Source: Mobula hypostoma (lineage: Eukaryota). Taken from it: 64,000 bases of DNA. The notes under the pieces were generated by a model that made no database searches, was not told the DNA's origin, and was given only the letters and a program-made list of their open reading frames with translations. Positions 25,411-37,953 of this stretch are shown one piece after another; the stretch's first letter is position 1; each line of letters begins with the position of its first letter. The DNA lies in NCBI RefSeq assembly GCF_963921235.1, contig NC_086097.1, positions 208,756,001 through 208,820,000 of the forward strand, in the 5' to 3' direction. Made by a program: the position numbers and the translations under genes.

Positions 25411-25434
25411 CATCATCATCATCATCATCATCAT
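25411..25434 (+). repeat. (CAT)8 microsatellite
   Basis: Eight perfect CAT units read directly. Confidence 0.95.
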
Positions 25435-25784
25435 CAACAGACACTTCCGCACTTCTGATCACTTGGTAGTACTCCAGCTGTCAGCGTACAGGCAAAGATT
25501 AAGGTCTGCAGGACTAGTGGTGACGACTCTGAAGGTATGATCAAGGGAGGCACTGCTTTGAATCCATTAACTGGATCATATTCAGAGATTCATTTGCAGA
25601 TCTTAATAAGTATGCCACCGCTGTCACCAACTTCATCAAGATCTGCAGGGACGAGTGTGGGCAATTGAGAACAGACCGAGTTTTCCCAGACCAGAAGCCC
25701 TGGATGAACCACGAGATGAGCAGTCTGCTAAAGACTAGATTTCTGGTATTCAAGATGGGCAACTGAGAATCAGTGCCTCTACTT

Positions 25785-26473
25785 TCTTAGAGATTTGCCT
25801 GAACTTAGTATGTCATCTAAATCTGTGAAAAACTACAAAAGATGTACAATGAAGAGTATCCTAACTTGTTGCATCATGGGCTGGTATGGAAATGCCAATG
25901 CCCTAGAACAGAAAAAGCTACAAAAGTAGGGGATATGGCAGAGTTCATCACAGGTACTACTGCCCAACACTGAGCACATCTACAAGGAGAGCTGCCACAA
26001 AATAGTAGCATCCATCATCAATGACCCCCACCATACAGGCCGTGCTCTGTTCTTGCTGCTGCCATCTGGAAGGTGGTACAGAGCCTTAGGTCCCACACCA
26101 GGGTCAAGAGCAGCTATTACACCTTAACTATCAGGAACCTGAAGCAGCATGGATAAAATTCACTCACCTCATCTCTGAACTGATTCCACAACCTATGAAC
26201 TTGCTTTCAAGGACTCTGCAACTCCTGTTCTCAATGTTATTTATTACTTATATATCTACCATTACTACTTTGTTCTTCTTTTGTATTTGCAGAAATCGTT
26301 GTCATTGCACATTGTCTGTCTTTGTTTTGTGAATAGTTTTTCATCGATGCTGTCATATTTCTTTGTATTTATTGTGAATGTCTGCAAGAAAATAAATCTC
26401 AGGGTGGTATATAGTGACATATATGTACTTTGATAATAAATTTACTTTCAATTTTGAACTTTGAACTTTGAAC
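25785..26473 (+). mobile_element. Rex1-type family A 3' part nested in the older Rex1 copy
   Basis: SILTCCIMGWYGN and HTGRALFLLLPSGR; tail ttttgaactttgaactttgaac; the host element resumes at 26474. Confidence 0.75.
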
Positions 26474-27981
26474 TACAGCTATGCCATCACGAGAGTGAAA
26501 AGCAAACAGTGTGAATTTAGAGATACAATTGAATGCATGGTAGCTGTCACAGGGTTTGTATGCCATTACTTCCTGTAAACAACATAAATGGCAGTGATGA
26601 TTCCCTCCTCGACAAGCTTATTGCCTTACATGCATGCTTTGAAAGGGAGAACAACAATACACCTCTGCAAATCCCCACACCATCCAGTGCCATCTCAGAG
26701 TCTGATGGTCAGAACATCATTCAGAGGGTGAACCAGGCCCCATCAGGCCCCAACAGTGTGCCTGGCCAAGTAATGAAAGCCTGTGCTGACCAATGGGCTG
26801 GAGTGTTCAAGGACCTCTTTAATCTCTGAACACTGCAGTCAGAGCTTCTCACCTTCTTCAAAGAGGTAGCAATCATGTCACTGCCCAAGGAGAGCAGGGT
26901 CATAGAGGGACACTGGTTGAGAGAGTGAGCAACTTTGAAGTCCTGGGTGTCAACAACTCCAAGGACTTGCCTGGAGCTTAACACTTGGATACAAACATGA
27001 AGAGGGCACATCGGTGGCTCTGCTTCATTAGCAGTTTGAGGAGATATGGTACATCGTCAAAGACTCTTACAAATTTCTAAAGCTGTATGGTGGAGAGCTT
27101 TCTGGTTGACTTCATCAGAGTCTGGTATAGAGGCTCCAATGCACAGGATAGCAAGAAGATGCAGAGCATTGTAAACTCAGTGAGCTCCATCACCAGCACA
27201 AACTTCCCCACCACCAAGGACATTTTCGAGAGGTGAAAATGGACATCCATCATTGAGGAACCTCAACATCTTTTCTCATTCCTACCATTGTGAAGCCTGA
27301 AGACCACCAATCAATAATTCAGAAACAGGTTCTTCTCCCCCACCATCAAATCTCTGAACACTACCTCGTTATTCCCTTATTTGCACTATTTCATTTATTT
27401 CGTGTTGTATTGCAATTGTGTAACTGCACCACGGACACAAAACAACAAATTTCATGTCCTATAAAACAGTAGTAACAAAACTGATTCTGATTCGGATATT
27501 GATTCTCAAAGTTTAGTGAAATTTTGAGACATTTTCATGCAGCAAGCTATTGTTAGGTTAATTGAGAATTTCAATAATGCATTTTTGCTTGGTAAATATA
27601 CTAATTATCTGGAAATTAAGCTGGCAACCAAGTTAGGATACATATCAACTACATTCAAATTATTTGTTGTAATGTGTGAGCTTGCAGAACTCTCCTCCAA
27701 AGTTTTGCTCAGATTGTGGGTGATCATGGCTATGCTGAAAAGTAAACATATAAAACAGTTCTATATACTTTAGTGGGTATTTTAATTAGAAATCTTTGTT
27801 ATTACAATTTAACTTCTGCTTTTTAGTATACTCTGGTCTTTCTTGTCTGTGCATACAAGAAAATCTCTTATCCACTGCAGAATCCATTGATATTTTATCA
27901 ACCCCAACTAAGCAATGATGTTATGACTTGGGCATTTACTAAATAATACTATTGTAAAGTAATAGTATTGCTATTTAGTAC

Positions 27982-29057
27982 TTGCTATTACTAAGGCAAA
28001 GGTGCTTGAGAAGTTGAAAGGTCTGAAACTTTTTAGACATCTGGACCAGATGGGCTACATCCCAGGGTTATGAAAGAGCTACCAGAGGCTGAAGAATTAT
28101 GGAGACTTTAGATGTGATCTTTCAAGTATCGCTAGAATCTGGAATGTTTCTGGAGGACAGGAAAATTGCAAATGTCACGTCACTCTTTGAGAAGGAAGAA
28201 AAGTAAAAGACAGAAGATTATAGACCAGTTTGAGGGACCTCAGTGGTTGGGAAGATGTAGGAGTCCATTATTAAAGATGAGGTTTCGGGGTAAATAGAGA
28301 CATATGATAAAATAGGCCTAGGTTTCCTTAATGGGAAATCAAGTTTGACAAATGTGTTGAATTTTCTGAGGAAATAACTGACAGGATAGACAAAGGTGAG
28401 TCAGTGGATGTCGTTTACTTGGAATTTCAGGCCTTTGACAAGGTGCCACACACGATGCTGCTAAACAAGTTAAGAGCCCCTTGTGATAGGAAATATAGAA
28501 GCGTTTATAGAAATGTGGCTAACTGGCACAGGAAAAGAGTGGGGATAAAATGGGTATTTTCTGGTTGACTGCAGTGTCTAGTGGTGTTCCTCGGGGGTTG
28601 GCGTTGGGACCACTTGTTTTCATGTTATATGTCAGTGATATGGACGACAGAATTGATGACTTTGTGGCTATATTAGCACACAGTATGAAGATAAGTGGAG
28701 GGGCAGGTAGTGTTAAGGAAGCAAGGAGTCTGCAGAAGGGCTTAGACAGAAGGGAAAGTAAGTGACAGATGGACTATGAAGTAGGGAAATGTATGGTCAT
28801 GCACTTTAGTAGAAGGAATAAAGGTGTAGACTATTTTCCAAATGTGGAGAAAATTCAAAAATCAGTGTTGCACAGGGACTTGTAAGTCCTTGTGCAGGAT
28901 TCTCTAAAGGTTAACTTGCGAGTTGAGTCAGTGGTAAGGAAGGCCAATACAATGTTATCATTCTTTTCAAGAAAATTGGAATATAAAAACAAGGATGTAA
29001 TGCTGAGGCTTTATAAGGCATCGGTTCAACTACACCTGGAATATTGTGAGCAATTTT
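27982..29057 (+). mobile_element. Decayed CR1 RT fragment, 3' end lost
   Basis: SSGVPRGLALGPLVF and gcctttgacaaggtgccacac; ends abruptly at the tail of the next element. Confidence 0.85.
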
Positions 29058-29854
29058 AGACCATAAGATATAAGATCAGAGTTAGGCCATTTGGCCCATC
29101 GCATCTGCTCTGCCATTGGCTGATTCAATTTTCCTCTCAGCCCAATGTCCTAACTTCTCCCCATATCCCTTCATGCCTGTCCAATCAAGAATCTATACAT
29201 AAATATTTGGCCTCCACAGCTGCCTCTAGCAAAGAATTCCACAGATTCACCACTCTCTGACTAAAGAAATTCCTCAGCATCTCCATTCTAAAAGGATGCA
29301 CCTCTATTCCGAGGCTGTGTCCTTTGGTCTTAGACTCTCCCACCATAGGAAACACCCTCTACACATCCAATCTATCAAAGCCTCTCAGCATTCAATAGGT
29401 TTCAATGAGTTTGCCCCTCATTCTTCTGAATTCTAGTGAGTACAAGCCCAGAACCATCAGATACTCTTCATATGACAAACCATTCAATCCTGGAATCATT
29501 TTCATGAACCTCCTTTGAACATTCTCCAGTTTCAGCACATCCTTTCTAAGGTAGGGGAAAAGTCTGCTCATAACAATCCGAGTGGGGCCTCAGCAGTGCT
29601 TTATAAAGTTTGAAAATTGCATCCTTGCCCAGTCTTTCTGTAGCCTGCCTCTCTGCCTGTCTTCGTATTGTCTGCAAACTTTGCAACGAAGTCATCAATT
29701 CCATCATTCAAATCATTGACATATAATGTTAAAAAAATTGGTCCCAACACTGACCCCTGTGGAATGCCACTAGTCACTGGCAGCCAAAGAAAAGGTTCCC
29801 TTTATTCCCACTGTTTGCCACCTGCCAATCGGCCACTGCTTTGTCCATGCTAGA
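29058..29854 (-). mobile_element. CR1 3' part with an internal deletion
   Basis: agaccataagatataag tail (reverse of TCTTATGG); antisense GIPQGSVLGP and KFAD motifs. Confidence 0.85.
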
Positions 29855-31762
29855 GGATCGGCAGAAAGGAGTCTTTCCCTTCCTTGAGACCTGGTGGCTG
29901 GATTCCTTAAACTTAGCGGCAAGTTTTCCAGACTGCTTGGGCATCTCCTTGGAGCTCTCTCTAGTTTCGATGGGATCCCAACTAGACTGTGTTGAGACTC
30001 ACACAGGCCTGTTGGCCTGAACCAGCTTGTCCGCTCGAGAACTGGACCAGGTCTCCAGATGGCCTCAAGTTCCATTGCACTGAGCACTGCCCCCTTAATG
30101 AACATTGGTCATGAGAGAGTCTGGGTGTCACAAAACCATGCCACAAAAACAAACCCTCTTCCAATGCCTGGACCAAGCAGCGATTCTCCCCTCCCTTCAT
30201 TCCACGGAAGAGTTGTGCTGGGCAGCCAAGGGTACCTGAGGATCAGGGATACAAGTGGCAAGTCAATGATGTAGAAGCTAATGTCTTCCACATGATTGCC
30301 TATCCTCATCTGCAAAACCACCATCTGTTGCTGCCGCTGCCCGGCTCCTAGCGGCTTGAGGGCATGAGCTGGCTCAACTTTTGTAGCGGTATGTCAAACT
30401 GACAGGCAGTTCCGAAATCCAGAAAATTACCGGCTGCCTCAGAGTCCACAAGAGCCTTACGTTCTTACACCAGGTGCACTCCACCTTCAGCATGAAACTC
30501 GAATCTGTGAGATTAGGTGTAGAAGCTGCTACCATCACAGTCCTCCCCACATTGAACGGTCTCAGCTGTTCTCAGGGTGGCCGCAGCTTCAGGCATTTGG
30601 CCCATAGTAAAAGCAGAAACCTTGAATCCAAAGCCGGGACCTCTCATTGATGGATAGTTCAGTTCCACAGAGGTGCATAGGTTTGGCTGGATCTTCAGCA
30701 AGCAATGGGCTGGTCATGGTTGGGGAGTGGAACTGCAATGCCTAGGGACTGGGCTTGGACAGGCTCTCTTCAACCTCTTGAAGTGGGTCCACTTTTGCTC
30801 TGCCAGACAATTATTGAGACAGATGGACCGGTCGATCAGAATCTCTAATTTCCCTGCTGGCTTTCCCAAGGCAATGGCATTCGTCAGTTCACCAATCCGT
30901 GGCGGTATGGTGTTGCCAAGGCCTCCCCGTTCCAACTACTCTCCTGGGCCAAGGTCTGAAATCCAATCATGTATTCGGCTGCTGACCGTCCCTGCTGCCG
31001 AATTTTCACCAGGCGGTCTGAGGCTCAGGCGGAGTGATGTAACACCTTCTTCATGGTAGCCCTGAATTCCCCTGAATCTGAGCAAACCTCTGACCTTTGT
31101 TCCCAATGCGCAGTTGCCCAGGCCAGGGCTCTCCAGACAGAAGAGAGATAACGAAGGCCATCTTGCCGTGTTCTGAAGGGAACCAGGACGGCTGGAGTTC
31201 AAATACTAATGAGCATTGGACGAGGAAGCCGCGGTAAGAATCTGTGTCACTGTCGAATCTCTGCAGGGTTGAAAGATGTACTGGCTCCGCAGAGCAACCA
31301 CCAGCCTCAGTTGAGTGACTTTGGCTTCCTTCCTGCAATAGTTGGCAAACGGCAACCTGGAGTTTGTATATCTCCAGGCTCTGTCTGGAAATTTTCTCAC
31401 TGTGGTTGGCCATGGCTTACGAAAGACTCTGATACACCACTGGGTCCATGTTGGCTCAATTGTACTGTGATGAGAACGGTTTGGACCCAAACGCTGGGTT
31501 ATCTGAAGCGAGGTTTGAGACACGGTATCAAACTGGATCTGAGCACAAAAGAAATGCTAGGCGATATCACTAGTAGGCTTACAATTGAGCACTGAACCAC
31601 AGTTCAGGTGTTCCTTAAATACTCAATTCTTGATGTTCAAAACAAGATTACCAATTAGCGGGACTGTCTTAAATACTTAGAGGCCACGTCAGTTATCTGT
31701 ACTCTGGAGAATTTGAGTTTCTAAATCCAGGAAGCTGCAGTGGTTGGGGGTGTCTTGTAACA
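29855..31762 (-). mobile_element. Gypsy LTR retrotransposon of the sushi/Tf1 type (related to PEG10/RTL1): 5' LTR, gag, protease; truncated
   Basis: Gag begins MDPVVYQ at 31449; DUF4939-like RGFLVQCSLVFELQPSWFPSEHGKMAFVISLLSG; protease KALVDSEAAGNFLD at about 30417-30458; LILRYPWL. Confidence 0.85.
31466..31762 (-). repeat. 5' LTR (297 bp), TGT...ACA ends, TATA-like TATTTAA at 31621-31615
   Basis: Minus strand starts tgttacaagac and ends tctcatcaca, followed after 1 nt by the PBS and then the gag ATG. Confidence 0.7.
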
Positions 31763-32519
31763 AAAGTAAATTGGGCTGAACTCTCATTTGTTTTTTGCAC
31801 AATGCCTTGATTGATGATCATGTCTATCTGTGGGAGGTGGGAACAAACCCCTTTAATTACATCTCGCTCATATTTGAGCCATTGGCATGTTACATGGCAA
31901 TGTAACACAAGCAAAAAAAGCTTGAATTGAGAATTTGTCACAAAGAAATATTTGGAAGACTTAAATTTGCAAACAGAGCATCAATGATGGAAACATTTCA
32001 TTCTACTCTTTGAGCAGTAATCTAGTGAAGTCGATGATTTGCCTTCCTCTACGAAAACTGCTGAATGTAATAAAATAAAATTTACTTTGAACTTTGAATA
32101 TTTAAAACTGCATTAAAATCAATGGTATGAATGTCGGATGGATCCTGTTGGTGAGGTTTTAACGATTATACTCCCAGGATTTCCCAACAAGTCAGAAAAC
32201 TGATCATGAAAATCTGTTTTGAGCTTTTGTTCTCTCTACTCTAAGTATTGCTGCAAGCAACAATTTGTTCTGGAGATTTTAAAAGCAATCTTGTGAAAAC
32301 ATTATTTAACAATGTTGATAAGATTAATCTACTAAAAGTCCAATCATGAGGTATTGATCACTGAAGTACTATTGTTCCTTCTCATGAATTATGTAAATAC
32401 TACATTGGCAAGGTTTCCTTAAAATTCTCAAAATTTGAAGGAGCTGAACAAAATCAAAAATGAGTTTTATTAAAAAAAATTTCAAGGAAATTGAATTTAA
32501 TTCGTTGGCATGTCTGTTT

Positions 32520-33003
32520 CTGTGACCAGACATTGTCTTTGTGTCTGAGTCTACTAAGCAAGTGGTGATGCTGGAGCTGACAGTCCCATGGGAAGATTGC
32601 TTGCAAGAGGCCTTTGAAAGGAAGCTTTCCAGGTACGCAGGACTGGTCAGCAACTGTCAGCAGGCTGGATGGAGACCAAGGTGTTTCCCAGTGGAGGTTG
32701 GTTGTAGGGGATTTGCAGCCTGTTCCCTAGTTAGGACCTTCAGCAAGTTGAGCATCGAGGGAGAGAGGAAGAGAAGAGCCATCCGCTGTACCACCGATTC
32801 AGCAGAGAGGGTCTCAAGATGGCTGTGGCTCAAAAGAGGGGAGCCATGGAATCATAAGTAGCTAGCCATCTGGACACAAGCTGGGGTCTGATCAGCCCCG
32901 GCTGGGTCACCTGGAGGAGGTTGTATGATGTTGAAAGACCCGAAACACCTGATGATTCCAGGAACATCACTGAAGATGTGTCCAGAAGCATCAGTAGATG
33001 TAT
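32520..33003 (+). mobile_element. R2-superfamily (Hero-type) non-LTR retrotransposon 3' end: REL endonuclease plus structured 3' UTR
   Basis: *PDIVFVSESTKQVVMLELTVPWED..AFERKLSRY..PVEVGCRGF..SRWLWLKR is a PD-(D/E)xK restriction-like endonuclease of the Hero/NeSL type; stop at 32859-32861. Confidence 0.85.
32910..32982 (+). ncRNA. Candidate permuted hammerhead-like RNA motif in the Hero 3' UTR
   Basis: GUA (32923-25), GAAA (32942-45) and CUGAAGA (32970-76) with a perfect 7-bp stem I, a bulged stem III and a 4-of-5 stem II; see findings. Confidence 0.45.
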
Positions 33004-34233
33004 GTACACAGCAGTTCTGAGAAGCACTGAGCAATTTGGAACACAACAATTTTTACTTACAATTTCCTGATGACGTGTTTCTGGTGACAGTCAGTTTGTC
33101 AACGTCTCCTTTGAAGTAGGTTTATGAACATGCATAAGAACAAACAATTAGAAGATACCATGTGAGGATAGAATGAATAAGAGATGAGAGGAAATGAGGA
33201 TATCTGACTTGTCTCCAAAAAGCAGGCTGAGCTATCACTAAGTCAAGGTTGCCTGAAGAAGGGCAACAAAAGGATGATGCTGAAGTTAGTACATTTACGT
33301 TTACTGACCATTGTTCGTGCACTGAAAATCCGAATTGTCCAAGTCGCTGGTCAAGCATCAGTACACTGAAGATGTGAATTTGTGTTTTGCGTGCAGGATG
33401 ACTGCTCTAATGCAAACCTGCATAACACCAGACCACCCTATATTTGGAAGGAGAGTACTTGCACCTGCAGGTAAGTAGTAGGTGTTGTCATTTCGGTCTT
33501 ATACCTCTACAGAGTGGAACATAATGGCTTAGAGGTCAGGCTCTGCACCCACTTGCCCCCTGCAGAACCTGCTTCTTGCAATGATCTGCAATTTGTTATA
33601 TTACTCCACTTCAATGGAATCAAAGAATTTACAATCCTTGTACGTGGAAATGAATGATCTGTGTGCACTGTGCAGGAAACATAAAGTGACGGTTATTGAC
33701 AAGCTGTCCAAGTGGTCCATAAGACATGGGCTGACATTGTTTTGGCTCATATACAGGCTGGGATGCCAACTGCCAGCCATGGCTGAACTTGGGCGGCCTA
33801 GCATGGAAGGAAGGAAAAGAAGCCAGAAAGAGAGAGGTTACATAATCAGGAGTCCTGATTTAATGCTGAATACGTAAGATTCATCTGCCAAGTCAAAAAG
33901 GATTGTTAAGAAATAACCATGGCAAGATTCTGCTACTCACTTTACACTTATGGCTGTCTGGCTAAGCACAGCTCCAATGCCTGTTCAGATTTGCTGACCC
34001 ACTGTCGTAGGCTGAATAAAAAGTGATGATGTATTTGCATATAGGAAGGAGGTTGAAAATCTGTCTGAGAGGTGTCATGACAACCTCTTACTCAATGTCA
34101 GCAAGACCAAGGAATTGATTATTGACTTCAGGAGATAAAAACCAAAGGTCAATGAGCCAGTCCTCATTGAGCCAGTTCTCACTGGACGATCAAAGTTGGA
34201 GAGGGTCAGCAACTTTAAAATTGTTGGTGTTAT

Positions 34234-36102
34234 TATAGGTTTTCACAAATAAAAACGGCAAAGGCAGTTTTTTGTTTAAGGAGAATTGAAACAACTCATT
34301 TATTGCACTCCAAACACTGAGCACAAAGCACAGTGAAAGAACTTTATGTAATTGCATCATCAGGTCAGACCAGTCTCTTAAAATGAACCTCAACTCATTG
34401 TCAGTAGCTGTGAATTATGTACATTTCCAACAATTACATTGCCCTACACAGGACCAGTATTCAGTAAAACTGGTATCGTGAGTTGGTCTGGAGTTTGGAC
34501 GAGCCGATGGTCCATCGGTGAAGGAACAGCAGGGAGCTGTGGCTCATCCAGAGCTGTGTTGACTCGCTCATGGTCATGTCGTGACGGCAGGGGCATGGTA
34601 GCAGAATCCTCCAAATCTTACTGTACGCCATGATGGGAGTTAGGAATAGGTGCGAAGGAAATGAATTTACTGAGGAGAGTGGAATACTGTTGAGTGGCTG
34701 ATCAGGTGGTCATGGCATCAGGAATAAAGTCACCTGGCACTCATCATGCCGCCTGTATACCAACTCAGCCACAGGTTCCACCAGCTCCTCTTTTGGAGCT
34801 GATCGGAGCCCCAGCAGGACCCATGGGAGATGATCACGCCAACACTTATCCGTCAGGGAAGCCCTCAGAGCAGCCGTTAAGGAGCGGTGAAACCGCTCGC
34901 ATAGGCCATTGGACTGCGGGTGATACGCCACAGTGTGACGTAACCTAATGGCCAAGGTTCCGGGCCATTACAGCCCAGAAGGTCTGATATGAATTGGGGA
35001 ATGCTGTCAAAGGAAATATCAGATGGGTTGCCAAACCAAGCAAATCCAGGTGCTGATGGAACCCCCTGAGACATGTCTGTGACTGTCGTAAATGCTAAAG
35101 GAACAACCTCTGGCCACCTGGTGGTGGTCCACCATGGTAAGGAATTACGTGAAACTACAGGAGGTGGGGAAGGGGACCAAAAAAATATCACATTGACGTG
35201 GTCAAACTGTTGCTCAGGGACTTCAGTAGGTGCCAATAGTGCCTGAATATGACAGTTAGTTTTTGCCCACTGGCTGGCACACTGTGCAGGCTGCAGTCCA
35301 ATCATGCACGTCCTTTCTGAGACCATGCCAGACAAACTTTAGTGCAACCAGTTTCTGCGAGGCCTTCTGGCCTGGATGCAGGAGGCCATATATGGAGTCA
35401 AAGGTGGCCTGCCTTCAGTTTGCGGGCACTGAGGGGCGAGGGAACAGGTTGAGACATTGCACAGGAGAGAAAGCCCAGCTTCCCCGAACGTAATGACAGT
35501 GAACCGCAGGCCCATGACTGCAGTTCGGTAAGACAGGTCCTCTGGGTCTGGTTGGTAGTTTGGTTGGCTGTCATGCCAGACTAGTCAGCCCCTATGTGTA
35601 TATCCTCAATGGCTGGCCGTGAGAGACAATCAGCCACGGCATTATTTTTTGCCTTGATATGTTGTGTATCTGTTGTAAACTCATATGTAGGCAGAGTTGG
35701 CTTTGCTGCCGTGCAGACCAATCATCTGATATTTTGGCCATTTCATGCACAAAGAGTTTGTTGTCAATGAACGCTGTGAAATGGTGACCCTCCAGAAGAA
35801 AATAACAATGGCGGACATCCAAATGGAGACCGAGAAGTTCACAGTCAAACGTGCTGTACTTCCTTTCAGGGGAATGGAGCCGCTGGCTGAAGAAAACAAG
35901 TGGCTAGCACACACCTCCAGCTAACTGTTCATGCACAGCACGCACAGCAGAGTCTGAAGCATCAGTAGAAATGGCTATCGGTGCATTGACAAGTGGGTGC
36001 CACAGAAGGGTTGCGTTGGAAAGAGCTCGTTTGGTATCATCAAATGCCCTGGTCATGTCCACTGACTTGCCAGGCACTGATTTGCCTTTAAGTGCACTAT
36101 AT
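34234..36102 (-). mobile_element. Gypsy pol fragment (RNase H, integrase) with probable 3' LTR at about 34234-34448
   Basis: TDASDSAV, RHCYFLLEGHHFTAFIDNK, TTRWPEVVPL and LRHTVAYHPQSNGLCERFHRSL; LTR limits are tentative (TGTAG...CTATA). Confidence 0.8.
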
Positions 36103-36111
36103 AGGGGAACT

Positions 36112-37000
36112 GAATTGAATTGACTTTATTTCTTACATCCTTTCCATACATGAGGAGTAAAAATCTTTATGTTACATTTCTGTTTAAATGTGCAATGTGC
36201 AATTTATAGGAATTTGTAATAAATAGTATGTACAACAGGACAGTCAATATAGCACAGAAGTGCGATTGTATCAGTGTGAATTAATCAGTCTGATGGCCTG
36301 GTGGAAGAAGCTGTCCCGGAGCCTGTTGGTCCTGGCTTTAATGCTGTGGTACCGTTTCCCACATGGTGGCAGCTGGAGCAGTTTGTGGTTGGGGTGACTT
36401 GGGTCCCCAATGATCATTCGAGTCCTTTTTACGCACCTGTCTCTGCAAATATCCTGAATAGTGGGAAGTTCACATCTACAGATGTGCTGGGCTGTCCATA
36501 CCACTCTCTGCAGAGTCCTGTGATTGAGGGAAGTACAGTTCCCATACCAGGCAGTGATGCAGCCAGTCAGGATGTTCTCAATTGTGCCCCTGTAGAAAGT
36601 CCTTAGGATCTGGGGACTCATGCCAAACTTCTTCAACCGTCTGAGGTGAAAGAAGCACTGTTGAGCTTTTTTCACCACACAACCAGTATGTACAGACCAC
36701 GTACGATCCTCGGTGATGTGTATGCACAGGAATTTAAAGCTGTTGACCCTATCAAACCCAGATCTGTTGATGTCAAGAGGGGTTAGCCCGTCTCCATTTC
36801 CCCCTGTAGTCCACATCTAGCTCCTTTGTTTGTGTGACATTGAGGGAGAGGTTATTCTCTTGACACCATTGGTTCAGGGTGTTGACTTCCTCTCTGTAGG
36901 CTCCCTTGCTATTATTTGAGATAAGGCCAATCAATGTAGTATCGTCAGCAAATTTAATTAGCAGATTGGAGCTGTGGGTGGCGACACATTCATGGGTATA
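36112..37000 (-). mobile_element. Rex1/Babar-type LINE family B, 5'-truncated in the RT
   Basis: YTHECVATHSSNLLIKFADDTT and ILTGCITAWYGN; (ATTCA)n tail; close paralog at 54465-56078. Confidence 0.9.
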
Positions 37001-37010
37001 CATGGGTATA

Positions 37011-37953
37011 CTGTCTTGTCTCCCTTTCTCTTCACCATTTACACCTTGGACTTCAACTACTGCACAGAGTCTTGTCATCTTCAGAAGTTTTCAGATGACT
37101 CTGCCATAGTTGGATGCATCAGCAAGGGAGATGAGGCTGAGTACAGGGCTACGGTAGGAAACTTTGTCACATGGTGTGAGCAGAATTATCTGCAGCTTAA
37201 TGTGAAAAAGACTAAGGAGCTGATGGTGGACCTGAGGAGGGCTAAGGCACCGGTGACCCCTGTTTCCATCCAGGGGGTCAGTGTGGACATGGTGGAGGAT
37301 TACAAATACCTGGGTATACGAATTGACAATAAACTGGACTGGTCAAAGAACACTGAGGCTGTCTACAAGAAGGGTCAGAGCCGTCTCTATTTCCTGAGGA
37401 GACTGAGGTCCTTTAACATCTACCGGCCGATGCTGAGGATGTTCTACGAGTCTGTGGTGGCCAGTGCTATTATCTTTGCTGTTGTGTGCTGGGGCAGCAG
37501 GCTGAGGGTAACAGACACTAACAGAATCAACAAACTCATCCGTAAGGCCAGTGATGTTGTGGGGATGGAACTGGACTCTCTCACGGTGGTGTCTGAAAAG
37601 AGGATGCTGTCTAGTTGCATGCCATCTTGGTCAATGTCTCCCATCCACTACATAATGTACTGGGTGGGCACAGGAGTACATTCAGCCAGAGACTCATTCC
37701 ACCGAGATGCAGCACAGAGCGTCATAGGAAGTCATTCCTGCCTGTGGCCACCAAACTTTACAACTCCTCCCTTGGAGGGTCACACACCCTGAGCCAATAG
37801 GCTGGTCCTGGACTTATTTCATAATTTACTGGCATAATTTACATATTACTATTTAACTATTTATGGTTCTATTACTATTTATTATTTATGGTGCAACTGT
37901 AACGAAAACCAATTTCCCCCGGGATCAATAAAGTATGACTATGACTATGACTA
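37011..37953 (+). mobile_element. Rex1/Babar-type LINE family C, young, 5'-truncated in the RT
   Basis: About 200 open codons (TVLSPFLFTIYT..KFSDDSAIVG..LNVKKTKELMVD..YKYLG) with one frameshift near 37615; (TATGAC)n tail. Confidence 0.92.

Larger units (their letters stand above)
24905..27505 (+). mobile_element. Old Rex1/Babar-type LINE (APE plus partial RT, with deletions)
   Basis: VLCFTEI*L, RVFPDQKPWMN and GPNSVPGQVMKACADQWAGVFKDLFNL; (ATTCTG)n-like tail near 27480-27505. Confidence 0.75.

Noticed and set aside
32949..32960. ctgatga at 32949-32955 as the core of a canonical type I or III hammerhead
   Set aside because: No downstream stem II plus GAAA follows it; the pairing fits CUGAAGA at 32970-76 instead.
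36974..37792. 272-aa ORF as a functional reverse transcriptase gene
   Set aside because: The start comes from the antisense neighbouring element, the N-terminal RT motifs are missing, and the frame shifts near 37615.
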